This document shows positions 12,325-26,335 of a stretch of DNA of 64,000 nt, piece after piece (within the stretch, counting starts at the first letter, position 1; each line of letters begins with the position of its first letter). The stretch is from Eledone cirrhosa (taxonomy: Eukaryota). Under the pieces are notes generated by a model that had not been told where the DNA came from, made no database searches, and saw only the letters and a list, made by a program, of their open reading frames with translations. The translations under genes were made by a program, and so were the position numbers. The stretch is from NCBI GenBank assembly GCA_964016885.1, contig OZ024745.1:50220001-50284000 (forward strand). The letters run 5' to 3'.

Positions 12325-14830
12325 CACTTGCCCATTGCTAGAACAGAAGTCTAGTAAGACCTCTTCATTCGTATTTAGATCGGGGTCGCCAATCACTCCT
12401 TTCCATGTCAGGTGGTCAGTGCCAACATGTGCATTGAAGTCTCCCATCAGGTTATATGACTCAGTCTTAACTACATCTAACACTGCAGTGACTTCATCAA
12501 GGAAGGACCTGTATTCGAATTCCTTGTTTGGTGCATAAACTTGCACCACCCACAAAGAACTCTCTTTCAGCCTAAGCTTCAAGAGGCAAATAATCCCTCC
12601 GAATGGGATCAAGTCCATAACACATTCTGACAGCCAGGGGCTTGTGAGTATCCCCACTCCCACCTGTGCAGTCATTTCTGGCGCCACACATGAATAGTGG
12701 AGTTTCCATCCTCCATCCAAATCTACAGTATCAGAGTCACTGAATTTTGTTGAAGAAACCCAGACTATATCTAGCCGGCAGCATTTAGCCTCTTCCACTA
12801 GTTCCTGATCCTTACCTCTAAGAGTTGTGATGTCTCAGGTTCCAACTGTTAAGGTTTGTTCCCTGCCGGACCCTCTTTGGGGTCTAGGGATAAGCAATAT
12901 GTGTGCGTCCATCCCAGGCTGCATGCCCATCACCAGTTTCTGAAGCATGAAATGGAGACTGCAATATATTTTTTCGAAAAGGCCGCTCTATCTAAAACCT
13001 GAACGCGTCTCTTGTTAACCCACGCGAAAATTCTCCTCCCTTCAGAGAAGTGCATCCTCGCAAGGTGAAAAAAATACTTTGCTGATCACCTAAACCCGAT
13101 CACAACAGCATATTCTAATGTACACGAGGTGCATCTGGGAACGGTGACTAATTTCTCAGGGGCTGACGTCACAAGAGAAGTTAAAGAGCTCAAATGTGGC
13201 AAGGCCGCTGGGGAAGATGAAATCCGGCCCGAGATGTTAAAGGCCTTAAATAGAGAATGTATTCTCTGGATGACTAGTGTGTGTCAGGTGACCTAAATTT
13301 TTGGAAAGGAACCTAGGCAATGGCAATCGGGAGTGATAATCCTAATTTTCAAAAAAGAAGACGAGAGAGATTGTTCCAATTACCGAGGGATCTCCTTGTT
13401 AAGCCTCCACGGTATATTCTATGCTGCGTGTCTGGCAAAGAGACGCAGGGAGATTGTTGAATCCAAGCTAGCTGATGGACTCTGCGGTTTTCGCCCTGGA
13501 CACAGCTCAGCCGTGGCTGAATTAAGTGCAAGAATTGCAGGAGCTTGAGCAGTAATCGGAAGCAGGGAGGTAGGCGTAAAAGCCAAACTCACTATCTTCA
13601 ATTCGGTTTTTGTGCCAAATCTTACCTATAGTCATGAATCTTGTTAAATGACCGAAGGAATACGATCAGGAATACAAGTGGCCGAAATGCGGTTCCTCTG
13701 AAAGGTCTTTGACATAACATTATTCAATAGAGTGCATAGCTCGGAGATCAGAAAGTCACTCCTGGTAGAACCACTACTTCTCCGAATTTAAAGATCACAG
13801 CTCTGATACAATAGGCATGTGGTTAGAATGTCTCAGGAAAGAATCACAGCTCTGATACAATAGGCATGTGGTTAGAATGTCTCAGGAAAGAATCACAGCT
13901 CTGATACAATAGGCATGTGGTTAGAATGTCTCAGGAAAGAATCACAGCTCTGATACAATAGGCATGTGGTTAGAATGTCTCAGGAAAGAATCACAGCTCT
14001 GATACAATAGGCATGTGGTTAGAATGTCTCAGGAAAGAATCACAGCTCTGATACAATAGGCGTGTGGTTAGAATGTCTCAGGAAAGGATCACAGCTCTGA
14101 TACAATAGGCATGTGGTTAGAATGTCTCAGGAAAGAATCACAGCTCTGATACAATAGGCATGTGGTTAGAATGTCTCAGGAAAGAATCACAGCTCTGATA
14201 CAATAGGCATGTGGTTAGAATGTCTCAGGAAAGGATCACAGCTCTGATACAATAGGCATGTGGTTAGAATGTCTCAGGAAAGAATCACAGCTCTGATACA
14301 ATAGGCATGTGGTTAGAATGTCTCAGGAAAGAATCACAGCTCTGATACAATAGGCATGTGGTTAGAATGTCTCAGGAAAGAATCACAGCTCTGATACAAT
14401 AGGCATGTGGTTAGAATGTCTCAGGAAAGAATCACAGCTCTGATACAATAGGCATGTGGTTAGAATGTCTCAGGAAAGAATCACAGCTCTGATACAATAG
14501 GCATGTGGTTAGAATGTCTCAGGAAAGGATCACAGCTCTGATACAATAGGCATGTGGTTAGAATGTCTCAGGAAAGAATCACAGCTCTGATACAATAGGC
14601 ATGTGGTTAGAATGTCTCAGGAAAGAATCACTGGACAGATTTTACGGGCAAAACCAACCGGCAGGAGATATAGGGGTAGACCTCGAGCCAGATGGTTGGA
14701 TAACATCCATGTGCTTAGCTGGTCTCATTTGGAGATCCAACTGGATCAGTTGGAGACGGTTGCTTCTGACAGGACCCGCTGGAAGGAGTGTTTGAGGACT
14801 CTGCTCGAACGACCCTCTCAAGAAGAAGAA
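12325..14830. mobile_element. RTE-clade LINE with inverted 5' (APE) segment
   Basis: Minus 12325-12950: VVQVYAPN, MGDFNAHVG (APE). Plus 12970-14830: [29 protein letters not shown] (RT and C-terminus, internally deleted). Confidence 0.88.
13794..14631 (+). repeat. 17 x 49-bp tandem array inside RTE
   Basis: Unit ATCACAGCTCTGATACAATAGGCATGTGGTTAGAATGTCTCAGGAAAGA; starts 13794, 13843 ... 14627 give (14627-13794)/49 = 17. Confidence 0.97.
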
Positions 14831-15001
14831 GTAGAAATATTTTATTGTTCTCTTGTATTGATTTTATTTTTCTTGCTAACGTTTCTTATACATACATGCA
14901 TATGTGCACGCGCGCGTGTGTGTGTGAGAGAGACAGAGAGAGTGTGTGTGTATGTGTGCGTGCGTGGATGTGTGCGTGTACGTGTGCATTTGCTTGTGGG
15001 T

Positions 15002-15060
<59 letters not shown>

Positions 15061-15080
15061 TGCATATAGTCATACATACA

Positions 15081-15164
<84 letters not shown>

Positions 15165-15165
<1 letters not shown>

Positions 15166-15940
15166 TAGCAGAATGGCCCGACGTTGCTCGGCCTTCTAAA
15201 CATAGATTGGCATGTTTATCCCTCCTTCATGAAACAGTACAGAGAAGTACGGAATACATCGGCCTGGGGAAGGTGTCTACATTTTTGCTTTTGAAAAAAT
15301 TCGTTGTAGATTACCAGGGGTTTAACTTAATTGGGTGCCTGAGAGTAATATGTTTAACCCACGAAAGCCAAGACGATAGGGTTAAGTAAAAAGGCATTCA
15401 ACAAACCGAACATATATTAATATTTGTTGTTCTATGGTACAATGAAAGCAATAGTTACAGAGCAGTAAGTATGTGGGACTGCAGTGGTGGAGAGCATGAA
15501 GGAGTTTAGTTGGATACTTTTAAGGTTACAAAAATCTACCCAATCTGATATAGACCAAACTGTTATATCGGATGCCGAACGCTTCAGTGTTATTATTGGG
15601 GTCACCATCAACAATTTCTAGGGATGTACGTTTAAGTAGGGATAATATAGTCTATAATGAGAGGTAACTCTTTCAAAATACTAAAGTGTTGTCTCTCTTG
15701 AACATTGTAGACAAAATTTCCGAACAAACAGACAAAAAGGGCTTAAAGTTTTAGTGAGAAAAACGCCTTTAACAAGAGAAAATTGTAAAATAAAAGCTGC
15801 AGTTAATATCTTCAGACCGCAAGGAATATATGAATGTAAGTTTGAAGTCAATCGGAGTAGAAATGTGGATTTGTATAGACTTTGCCAAAATTAGGACACA
15901 CACACACACACACACAAACAACTTCAGTTTTATATATATG

Positions 15941-15941
<1 letters not shown>
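15165..15941 (-). mobile_element. Non-autonomous Helitron-like element
   Basis: Minus strand starts TATATAAAACTGAAG(TG)n like the 48433 and 62057 copies, and ends with hairpin CCGAGCAACGTCGG then CTAG|T. Confidence 0.65.
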
Positions 15942-15987
<46 letters not shown>

Positions 15988-15991
15988 ATAT

Positions 15992-16024
<33 letters not shown>

Positions 16025-16226
16025 TACACACACATACTTTGGTGTTTTATCTACGTCTGGCCAATATCAACAAACACGTTCTAAACAGCTATTATGTGTT
16101 TATCTCCATTTTCTAATCTAAACTCATTGTAATCTGTAACAATCTTAAGTATGTTGTATTAATATTTTAATATTTGTTAACTTATATATACATATATATG
16201 TGTATATTATATTACATATATATGTG

Positions 16227-16280
<54 letters not shown>

Positions 16281-16439
16281 CAAATAAATTAAAAATACAT
16301 ATGGATGTCTTAACCAAAGTATTTATATATATGTGTGTGTGTGAGCGGGTGTGCATGTGTATGTGTGTATGTATTACATATATAACCGATTTAAATGTGT
16401 AATATGATATGTTGACTAAAGTCTCTCTATTGTCTGTCT

Positions 16440-17745
16440 ATTTGCATCTGTCAGTCCGGAGAAACCACGGGTTTGCTTCTGGAGAATTTCGTGTTAGATG
16501 CTGATGTCGGCGCAGAGTCTTTCGTGGCTGTACAGGCCCACGCGTGAGTGGCCGTTTTGTATACAGCGACTGCATTTGAAGATGTTCTCCTCAGGTGCTA
16601 TTGTGTTTCCCTTTCTTCGAGCATGCTTTTCTTCGGAGGAAAGTTTCAGTTTCTCTTCCCCTTGCTCCATCCCTTTGCGCTGTACTCGTCTCCACCGTGG
16701 GTGATCAATACCGACCTCCTCTCATCTCTGGATGTCCAGACCTATTAACTTCATATCTCTCCTGCAGACGTCTTTGAAACTAACATGAGGTCGTCCCCGT
16801 GCTCTTATGCCCGTGGTCAATTTCCCATATTATAGGACTTTTGGGATCTTCCCGTTCAGCATACGATACTTTTGGGATCTTCCCGTTCAGCATACGATGT
16901 ACGCGACCTAGCCAGCGCTGACGGCGCTGTTGGAGCAGGGTAAATATGCAGGGTGAATATCTTGGCGCAGTTGAGAACTTTAGTGTTGATGAATCGGTCG
17001 ATCCATATGATATCCAAAATGCGTATGAAGCTACGAAGGTGGAAGACATTGAGACGCCGTTCCTGTCTAGAGTCGAAGCTCTATGTCATGCTGCCATAAA
17101 GTTGTGTGCTGTTCACACACGCTTTGTAGACAGCAATCTTGGTGTTTGTAGTTAGTTTTCTGTTTTCCCAGACTTTCTTCGTCAGCCTGGCCAATGTGGG
17201 GGTTTGCTCCTCCAACTCTCCTGCTGATCTCAGGGTCCGTAGAGAAGTTGTCAGCGATCGCAGAACTGAAGTAGAAGGATTCGTGGACTACGTCCAGTTC
17301 CTAGTGCTTGATACCTTGGCCCAGCCCGTTGGTTTTCTTTAGACTAATGGTCAGGCTGAATTCCTGACGCGCCCTCGAAAATATGTCCATGAGGTACTGC
17401 ATTTGCTCCTCAGGGTGCGGTGCCAATGCTGCGTCATCCACGAACAGCATTTCTTTGATGAGTACCTGACGAACCTTGGATTTCTCTCTCAGACTTGACA
17501 GACTAAACAGCTTCCCGACTGATCAGATGTGGAGGTAGACACATGTTTCAGACTGCCAAATAGAATGGAGGCAAGTACACAGCCCTGCTTCACACTACTG
17601 CATATGTTAAATGCCTTCGAAGAAAAGCCACCAAAATTGAATGATACCTTTCATATCTGCATGAAATGATTGGACTATCCCGAGAAGTCTTGTAGGGTTT
17701 TGAACAGACCGTCTCTACTAACTGGGTCGAACGCCTTCGTGTTGA
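16440..17745 (-). mobile_element. RTE (BovB-like) LINE 3' part, decayed
   Basis: Minus-strand remnants SVKQGCVLA, LFVDDAALA, QRWLGRVHRM, HSRVGLYSH. Confidence 0.8.
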
Positions 17746-17750
17746 CTAAA

Positions 17751-17837
<87 letters not shown>

Positions 17838-17862
17838 ACTCAAGTTACACACACAGACACAC

Positions 17863-17932
<70 letters not shown>

Positions 17933-17935
17933 TTA

Positions 17936-18449
17936 CAGGTAACAGAATTTCTTTACGAGATGTTATATTAAAAGCACGATTGAGTTCAGTTTTGATTTTT
18001 TTGTTTGTTTTGATTAAGGGTTTTTCATATTTTCTTATTAGTTTTTTTTATATTCCGTTTCGAGCAATAGCGTTTCAAGAACTCCACAGCTCCATCTTCA
18101 GAATAAGAAATTGTGTAGTAGTGGTATGATTTTCGCGAACGTTGTAAATAATCGTGGTGGTAAAAAGCACGTATACATTTAAAAGCATGTGCCACTGTTA
18201 AAATGCTATCTTTAAGTATTAGCACTTAGTTGTTGTTAAAATTGTCAACCTATGTTAGGTCGTTGAACTCGCTGTATCCGCTGTAACGACAGCAACGACA
18301 TCGAGATAAAACGGACACTTAAATGACATTTTGATCAATGCTAACTCTATTATCACTGTCACGTGACAATTTTCGATGGTGTAGCTAGATGAGATTAAAG
18401 TGAGCAAAGTGAGCAAAAAATATTTTGTAACCTATTCGATTGTTACCTG
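17936..18449. mobile_element. Possible Tc1/pogo-type MITE
   Basis: TA|CAGGTAACA ... TGTTACCTG|TA; only a 9-bp TIR plus TA. Confidence 0.35.
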
Positions 18450-19685
18450 TAGCGAGAAGATAGGTTGTTAGTGTTCATAACATTTTTTGTCACGTAAGGG
18501 AAGAATTTAAATTCATTAAAAGTTCAATGTCAATAGGAAGTTGAGTGTAAGTCTGGTCTACCGTTCCTGCCAAAATATTAGTCAACCATAGTAATACGTC
18601 ATGTATACTTATATATTTCTTTGTTTCTAACTCATTTTAATTTGCTAGTTTGCGTAGTGGTATCGATCTTAAAACACCTCAAGCGGTCGACTGATGAGAA
18701 GGGACTGCCATGTGTTTCGTTCGTATTAGGGTTTAAATTTCCCTCTATCATTTAGTTAAGTTTTTAGACAAATTTAACTGCAGTTTCTAGCATATCGAGA
18801 TCAATTTTATCCTTCAGCCTTTCTGGGTGTTTGATTGGCAGAAACGTTGAACAGAAGGTTTTGCGGTGTTACACACAGTTCTATGCTTTTCAGCACAGAA
18901 GTGCTGAAAATCCGCCTCATTCTGCCAAATGCTCAAACCGGCAGCTAGTATCAACAATAGAAAGAAAGATCAATGGAAACGTTGTTTCTTTGGTCCGATC
19001 TGACGATTGGTTCCTTTCCTGCTTTTATTTTTTCGCTGCTATTTCTAGCATGTTAAACGGGCACAAAAAAGTTCCGTCGTCATGCGTCAATATTGTTATT
19101 GTCGTTATCATGCGTCAATATTGTTATTGTCGTTATATTAAATGTCTGTTAACCTTGTTATATCTGGTGTGAAGACAGTGACATGATAAGGGGCACTTAA
19201 TTGACACATTGATCACAGATAATCAATCGAAGATAACAACGACACACACTGCTCTTATCACTGTCACGTGACTGCCCCACTGTCACGTGGCTGGTAACTG
19301 TCACGCGACTACTCGCTGCCACGTACACTGAAGCTAGAAACACAGGAACCTTTTTTAGTTTGATTTTGATTTATTTTTCTATTGAATATTATATTAATAC
19401 AATTTACAAAATTGTCAAAAAGAAAGAGAAAAAATAATAAATACAATGTAATTTGTGGGTGGTCTGTATATATGAGCTACACCCCTTAAACAAGATGGCG
19501 AAAGTATTGGCGGGAAGAACAGCCAAAGATACCCACTGGAGCAGTCATTCCACCTAACGGTTTTCTTTCCTTAGGCGTGATGTCCTTGTCCCGATTTGGT
19601 GAAATATCCATAGGATGAGTTATGTATAATTAGCTACAACAGAAACAAGTACAGATGCACCTGGTGTACATCAGAATATGTTGTT

Positions 19686-19800
19686 GTGACCGGGTTTAGG
19701 AGATCAGCAAAGTATTCTCTCCACCTCGCGAGGATGCACTTCTCTGAAGAGAGGAGAACCCCAAAGGTGTTCCTGATAGCAGTTGTGGAGGAGGACTTGA
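19686..19800 (-). mobile_element. RTE fragment
   Basis: Minus translation ILARWREYFADLLNPVT, homologous to ~13075-13100. Confidence 0.6.
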
Positions 19801-20022
19801 CTCGTTCTTCCTCACTTTTCGTTGCTTCACCATCTTTGTTTGTTTACACTCTCGTGTCCCCTTTATTTACGTGTCCCAACGACTTTTTTTAGCCGTTGCT
19901 CGCACCAACCGGAGGTATATGGTCTTTAAAGCGATGAAATACCAATGATGGTTGGAAGATCACTGATGAAGGACTAACTTTATTCATATGTAACCCATTT
20001 GCAACCACGCAGCACGTTTATT

Positions 20023-20056
<34 letters not shown>

Positions 20057-20303
20057 CGAAGTGTGGCCGAAACTCCAGTTCGGGAACTATTATATGTACC
20101 TGTTTACGTGTGTTGTATTGAAGTGAATAACTATGTGTATACTCTGGGGTGTATTTTACATTACCCATTGAGTACGCTGAGATGCAACCGGTCCTAGCCT
20201 TAATACATATGCTGGGTCCGCCAACTTCTTAATATATATATATATATGAAAAATGGCGTGCTGCGTGGTTGCACATGGGTTACATATGAATAAAATTAAT
20301 GTC

Positions 20304-20337
<34 letters not shown>

Positions 20338-20425
20338 CATTATGGCGTCTTTTTAAAAGTAAACACACGCTCTGGCCATGAAGTGTTAGTCTGTTTGGTG
20401 AGACAATATGATGAGGTATTTGCTT

Positions 20426-20472
20426 ATTGATTTTGAAAGTCCTAATAAGGGACGAAACGATCGTAAATCAAT
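20426..20472 (+). ncRNA. Degenerate type I hammerhead motif
   Basis: ATTGATT ttgaaa GTCC TAATAAG GGAC GAA ACGATCGT A AATCAAT: 7-bp stem I and palindromic stem III, but the CUGANGA box is damaged. Confidence 0.6.
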
Positions 20473-20761
20473 ATTTAAAGTAAAACCGTATTTGGTAATT
20501 ACTTTAATGAATAATTTGCTTCATGCGTAATTATTATGTTTAACACGATAGGATTTTGTACACGTACTTGTTTGAAAAATATTTCAAGGAATTATGAAAC
20601 ATAGCTCTTTGTACTGTTTATTATAATAATTTAAATTACTATATTTTGAGCTGTTTTAACTCCCCTACCTCTTTCCAGTTTTTATATTGTTGCTGTAAAA
20701 AACGGTATATTTTTCATATATATATATATATATATGGTCCGATTTGACGAAAGTCGGTCGA

Positions 20762-20847
<86 letters not shown>

Positions 20848-21064
20848 CATACATATATATATATGTATGTAAGTATCTATATATATATATATATATATAA
20901 GAGACGTAAGATAAGAAAATTATAAAATTAACTTACTTACTAAAATATCACTTCCTATATATTTGCTAGCATCGATATGCATTTGTATGTATATATATGT
21001 TACTAGATATAAATTCTTTATTATATATATATATATATGGTCCGATTTGACGAAAGTCGGTCGA

Positions 21065-21144
<80 letters not shown>

Positions 21145-21500
21145 CATATATATATGTATGTATGTAAGTATGTGTATATATATGTATATTTATATATATA
21201 TATATATAATTTAAAAGGTAAACAGAAATAACAAAGCAAACGACACATTACATGGAAACATTTATTAGTTTAACGCTTGGTATAATAGGAAAAGGGACCT
21301 TACGTTTCGAACTCTAGTCCTCCATCAGAAAATCTAATGAGAAATAAAAGATTAAATAGAAAGATAGAGAGTGGACAGTGGAAGGAATGAAAAAAAAAAT
21401 GGTTTTGAGAAAAAACGTGTATTCAGTTAGCTTTATATATATTTGTGTGTGTGCGCCCACATTTTCATTTTCTGATTCCTCATAACAATAATACAAGTGG

Positions 21501-21543
<43 letters not shown>

Positions 21544-21800
21544 CACTATATTTGCTGTGGCGGTGTAGGTGTTGATGGCGGTAGTGGTGGTGATGGCTAT
21601 GGTGGTGCTAGTAGAGATGAAGATGGCTGGTGATAGTTTAAGAGTGTCTGCTTACACAAGCAGAAGTAATGTGTGCGTGTGTGTGTGTGTGTGTGCGCGC
21701 GCGCATATGTAGTGTGTGCGTGCGTGTGTGCGGATGAATACAAACAACCACTAATACACTGCACAAAGCACGCATACACACACATACCTACGTACATACG

Positions 21801-21867
<67 letters not shown>

Positions 21868-22329
21868 CTGTTTTAAAAGTACATCCGTCATAGTTTACAG
21901 CTGCTGGTAATTTCTGATGAGATGAAAAGCCTCCCATCAACATCTCTTTAATATATATATATTTGTGGTGGCTGCCAACTCGTTTTCGAGTACGGCCACT
22001 ACTTTATATCCATTAAGGAGAACGCCTACCGATGCGCTGAACGAGTGTGACTTTTTAGTCCAGCCAGCGACTTGAAAACTCTTGTACAAACACTACACTT
22101 GTGACAATTATTGACACATAGTGCTGGGCCCATGGTACCATGTGACGACAAGTGTAGAGAGATCTCCAGATATAAAGCAATGCCTGTGCCGTGAAGCTTT
22201 TATAGTGAGCAAAGCACTGCACAAAGCCAGTCACACTCTCTTAACCAAGATGATATTTACCAGAAAGAAGAACAAGTCAACATCATTGGTAACCACAAGG
22301 GTTGCAGGTGTTATATCAGAGTTTTCCTT

Positions 22330-22565
22330 CTAGAATATGCCTTGACAAAGGCTAAGGGCTCATCTCTCCCGGTGATTTTGGATGGCCATTGACTCTTAAG
22401 AGTTCCTTTGCCCTTTGACAGGTTTTGTTTTTAGTCCTGCAGGATGTCCAAAGTCACCCTCCTCATCAAGAAACCTTGGTGGGGTTGCCAGTTTAGTCGC
22501 CAACGACCATGAGACAGGTTGTACTGGGATACATGTTACCAGTAGCACCAACTGGTGACCTGACA
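22330..22565 (+). repeat. Interspersed repeat ending in (CATA)n
   Basis: Homologous to 43930-44125 (+) and 53915-54110 (-); class not determined. Confidence 0.65.
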
Positions 22566-22603
22566 TATACATACATACATACATACATACATACATACAT
22601 ACA

Positions 22604-22634
<31 letters not shown>

Positions 22635-22657
22635 GTATATATATGCATATATATATA

Positions 22658-22691
<34 letters not shown>

Positions 22692-23100
22692 GATCTTCTT
22701 CTTCTTCTTCTTCTTCTTCTTCTTCTTCTTCTTCTTCTTCTTCAGTCTCTCGCCTCTGTTAAACATCGCCAAGAATTCAGGTATTGTCTAAAAGTAAGGC
22801 AGCCCCCTTTCTTCTCTCGAAATAATCTAAGAACTTCAGGAATGGTTACATTTCTCGTGCTAATCCTTATATTTTCTTTCCCTTTTGGCTTGTTTTATTT
22901 TTTCGACTCTACTTGTGGCGGCGGCGACGACGTACTTTTAAAGAAATGTCTTTTGGCGCACGTTGTGCATAAAATCAAAAATTGTATTAAAAGAAAAAGG
23001 TTTCTTGTTTTGTTTTTCGGTACATAAGATGTACTTTTTTAACTCCAAAATTCCATGTCAAATTCTGCGTCCTATACACCAAATGTATGAATATAATAAT

Positions 23101-23310
23101 TGTTTTCTAACATTGACACAAGGCCAACAATTTGGGGTAGGTGAAGAGGAAAGTCAATTATATTTATTTTAGTACTTTGTATTATCAACCCCAGAAGGTT
23201 GAAAGACAAAATTGACCTCGACATAATTTAAACTGAGAATGTAATAAGTCGTAACTAAACACCGCAAAGTATTTTGTCTGACGCTTTACTGATACTGCCA
23301 ATTCACCGAT
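23101..23310 (-). mobile_element. Meta-like SINE, diverged copy
   Basis: Colinear with 9619-9805 and flanked by (AAT)n. Confidence 0.7.
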
Positions 23311-23372
23311 TGTATGAATATAATAATAATTATTATTATTGTAATAAGTATTATAATAATTATCATAATAAT

Positions 23373-25200
23373 TGTTTCATTTATTGACCACAAGGGCCAA
23401 CATATAGGGGACAGTACAATGGACGGGGACAGTGGGGCATTTACAGAAAAATCGAGTAAAAATATAAATAACAATAACAAAATAACAAGAAAAATATAAA
23501 CAACAGAGTTCAAATAATAGGGAGGATAACCACCCAGGGTCGACTCAGGTACCCCACCAATCCTAAAACACCCGACGCTTCGAGGGCACCCGGAAAGGGC
23601 ACTCATCTCCTCCTCAAATTAACCAATCTACAGGCGCATGCTCAGAGTAGGCCCACCCACACAGGCCATTCTCGCCACATTCACCTACCTTTCAGCAAAT
23701 GTACTGGGCGGCAGCACTTCTCTCTCCACCATCACCTTCCTTACCAAGTGAAATTTGAAAAAGTTGATGAGGGACTGACCAAAGAGAAAAGTGTGTGTAT
23801 TCAGTGCTTTCAACCTGATTTACCATGCAACCTCTTTCGCTACTGCCACCAGACAGCTGAAAATTGCCTGCCCTTCCTGGCCAAAAGAAGGCGGCGGGTC
23901 GATCTTCACAATGGACTCGGCCGATAGCCGGAACCGTTCTACATGCAACAAAGTCAGTAATGCACGGACACTGGACGAGTGCGTGCAGAACGGTTTCGTC
24001 GCTCTGCGTGCATCTCGGGCAGGTCCGTCTGACAGTACTCCCGTGCCGGTAGAGTTTATCTCGAACCGGCAGTGAGCACTGCCAAGCGAGGGATTTCTGG
24101 AAGTTTTCCATCGTCCCCGGCTCGAAAGTCCTCCGGAACAGATTAGTCAGTTCGACTTCGTCGACGACCAGAGCCTCTCCAAGCGTGTCGTTGCATTTCC
24201 CCATCACTAATCCTCTATAGAACTCAAGAGTGGAAGTTCCACTGGCCGCATTGCCCACTCGCTAGAGGACAGTGAGTTCATGGCAACATTCCAGATGTCA
24301 GGCACCCAGTCTCGTGTTTCGCATTAAAGAAATGGCCTAATGCCATTCTCACCGCTAGCACGTCAGTGGCAATGCCACTACAAATAGCCTCGTCTAATTT
24401 AGCTACCAGCTCTCCCTCCTTTCTATTTTTCTCTAGCGCTACTTCTTTGTTAAACCCTATCGAAATTACTCTAATCCCTCTCGGTCCCTGTAAGCTTTGC
24501 GTGTCGAGAACGACATGTTCAGCTCCCAGTAACCAGGTCCTAACCTGTGTTTCCTATCTAGGTCAACCATGCAGATCACAAACTTGTGATCTGAATAGGC
24601 AACCGTTTGAAAATGTGGACAACCTATACTATCCTTATCAACTGGTCTAATAAAGAACCTATCTATATATGATATAGATGACCCTATGCGTTTGGTCCAG
24701 GTCCACACTGGCACATTAGGGAAATCTAGTCGGTACCCGTCTGACAGTTGGAACAGGCTGATCAGGTACTTGAGGCCTTTGTACCCCCTGCTTCTATCAG
24801 CTACTCCCACACAATCCCAGTGTGCGTCTAAGATGCCGTTCCAGTGCCCTGTTAATAGTAAATAGCAAGAAGTTTCCAGAAAGGTTTCCAGGCGCCTAAA
24901 GAAATACGGCCGTCCTGCCCCGGTAGAGGCGTTGACGGCCACCAGTCTAAAGGCACCACCTTTGCTGCTGCTCACATCCAGGTCCACCAACTTACCATCC
25001 GGGTCTAGGAAGATCGACTTTACCTCGAGATCCAAGCCTTTCCTAAACAGCACTACTCCCCTCCCCACACCTCTCATTCACGGCCGACAAAGAAATGCGA
25101 AGATCTGATAGTCGTCGAAAATGGAGGCTAGCGAGCGCGTATCGGAAATTCCGGTCTCACTGATGGCAGTCGCATCTATATCTAGTGACCTGAGCTCTAG
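23373..25200 (-). mobile_element. Tx1-clade LINE remnant with large internal deletion
   Basis: APE part 24466-25190 (FRLVAV, YIDRF, YSDH) is joined at ~24330 to the C-terminal Zn-finger part (CPRC..HALVQC); the RT core is missing; (ATT)n tail. Confidence 0.88.
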
Positions 25201-26187
25201 TGACCAATGTCATTGGATTTGTATGAATTTAGAAGTCATGATCGTGTCTTGCTTATGAGTAAGGGAGACACAGAGATGTATGTTGTTTGTTGGTAAGTTT
25301 GAAGGAAACCAGAGAGTTCGATGCCGCTGCATGTCTTCTTTAAAAAAGACATGAACAGCTAGAAGTTTTTCAGAAAGTCATGGAACAAGGATAAGCTCTG
25401 TGATTCGTCCAACTCATGCAAACATGGAAAACCCGACATAAAACGATGACTCTACCTCACTCTATGTTTTTATGCATGATTTACCGTATTTAACGGGATA
25501 TGAAACAGGCCGTAGTATAAAACGCATCCGTATTTTGGAAGAAAAATTCTTGGAAAAATGTATTGTAGTATCTAATATATATATATATCCGGTGTAATAG
25601 GACGTAAGGAGGTATTGACCTCATTTAAACATTTTTTTTAGTAAAAGAAGTGTATCTTATACGCCGAAAGATAGGGTAACATCCATTTCAAAACTGATAC
25701 TTCTCCACCACGGTTAAAGAAATGTGCCATCTAATTACTTTAAACTGATGGCACAGAGACAGTGGTCTCCCCTTTCTGAGAGGGCACGTGCAAAAATTAT
25801 ATACGTTAAGTTATTTTAACGTTATCTCTATTGTGGGTTGTTTATTTTCAACAGAGCCTGTAGTTCAGCTGTATCAGTTCAACTTCAGTGTCATTGCTCA
25901 CACTAAGTAGAGCAGATAAAATTTACTCCAACATAAAAAACTTACCACATGACAGACTACAGATCTAATACCCTGCCACAGTGAATTCCTAATCATTTTC
26001 TGATTACAATATATTAACACACTCATACATACACACACATACACACACACACACATACACACACATATATATATATATATACACACACACTCATATACAC
26101 TCACATACACACTCATTTGTTTTGTATCGTAATTGGTAAGCAGTGTTGTTAGCTACAGCTTGTTGACAACAATATGTATTTTCTCAT

Positions 26188-26335
<148 letters not shown>

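Noticed and set aside
13794-14631. CRISPR-like regular repeat
   Set aside because: Units are head-to-tail with no unique spacers, derive from RTE coding sequence, and there are no cas genes in this eukaryotic context.
18690-21930. Isolated CTGATGA boxes at ~18690 and ~21914
   Set aside because: No matching GAAA with three supporting stems.
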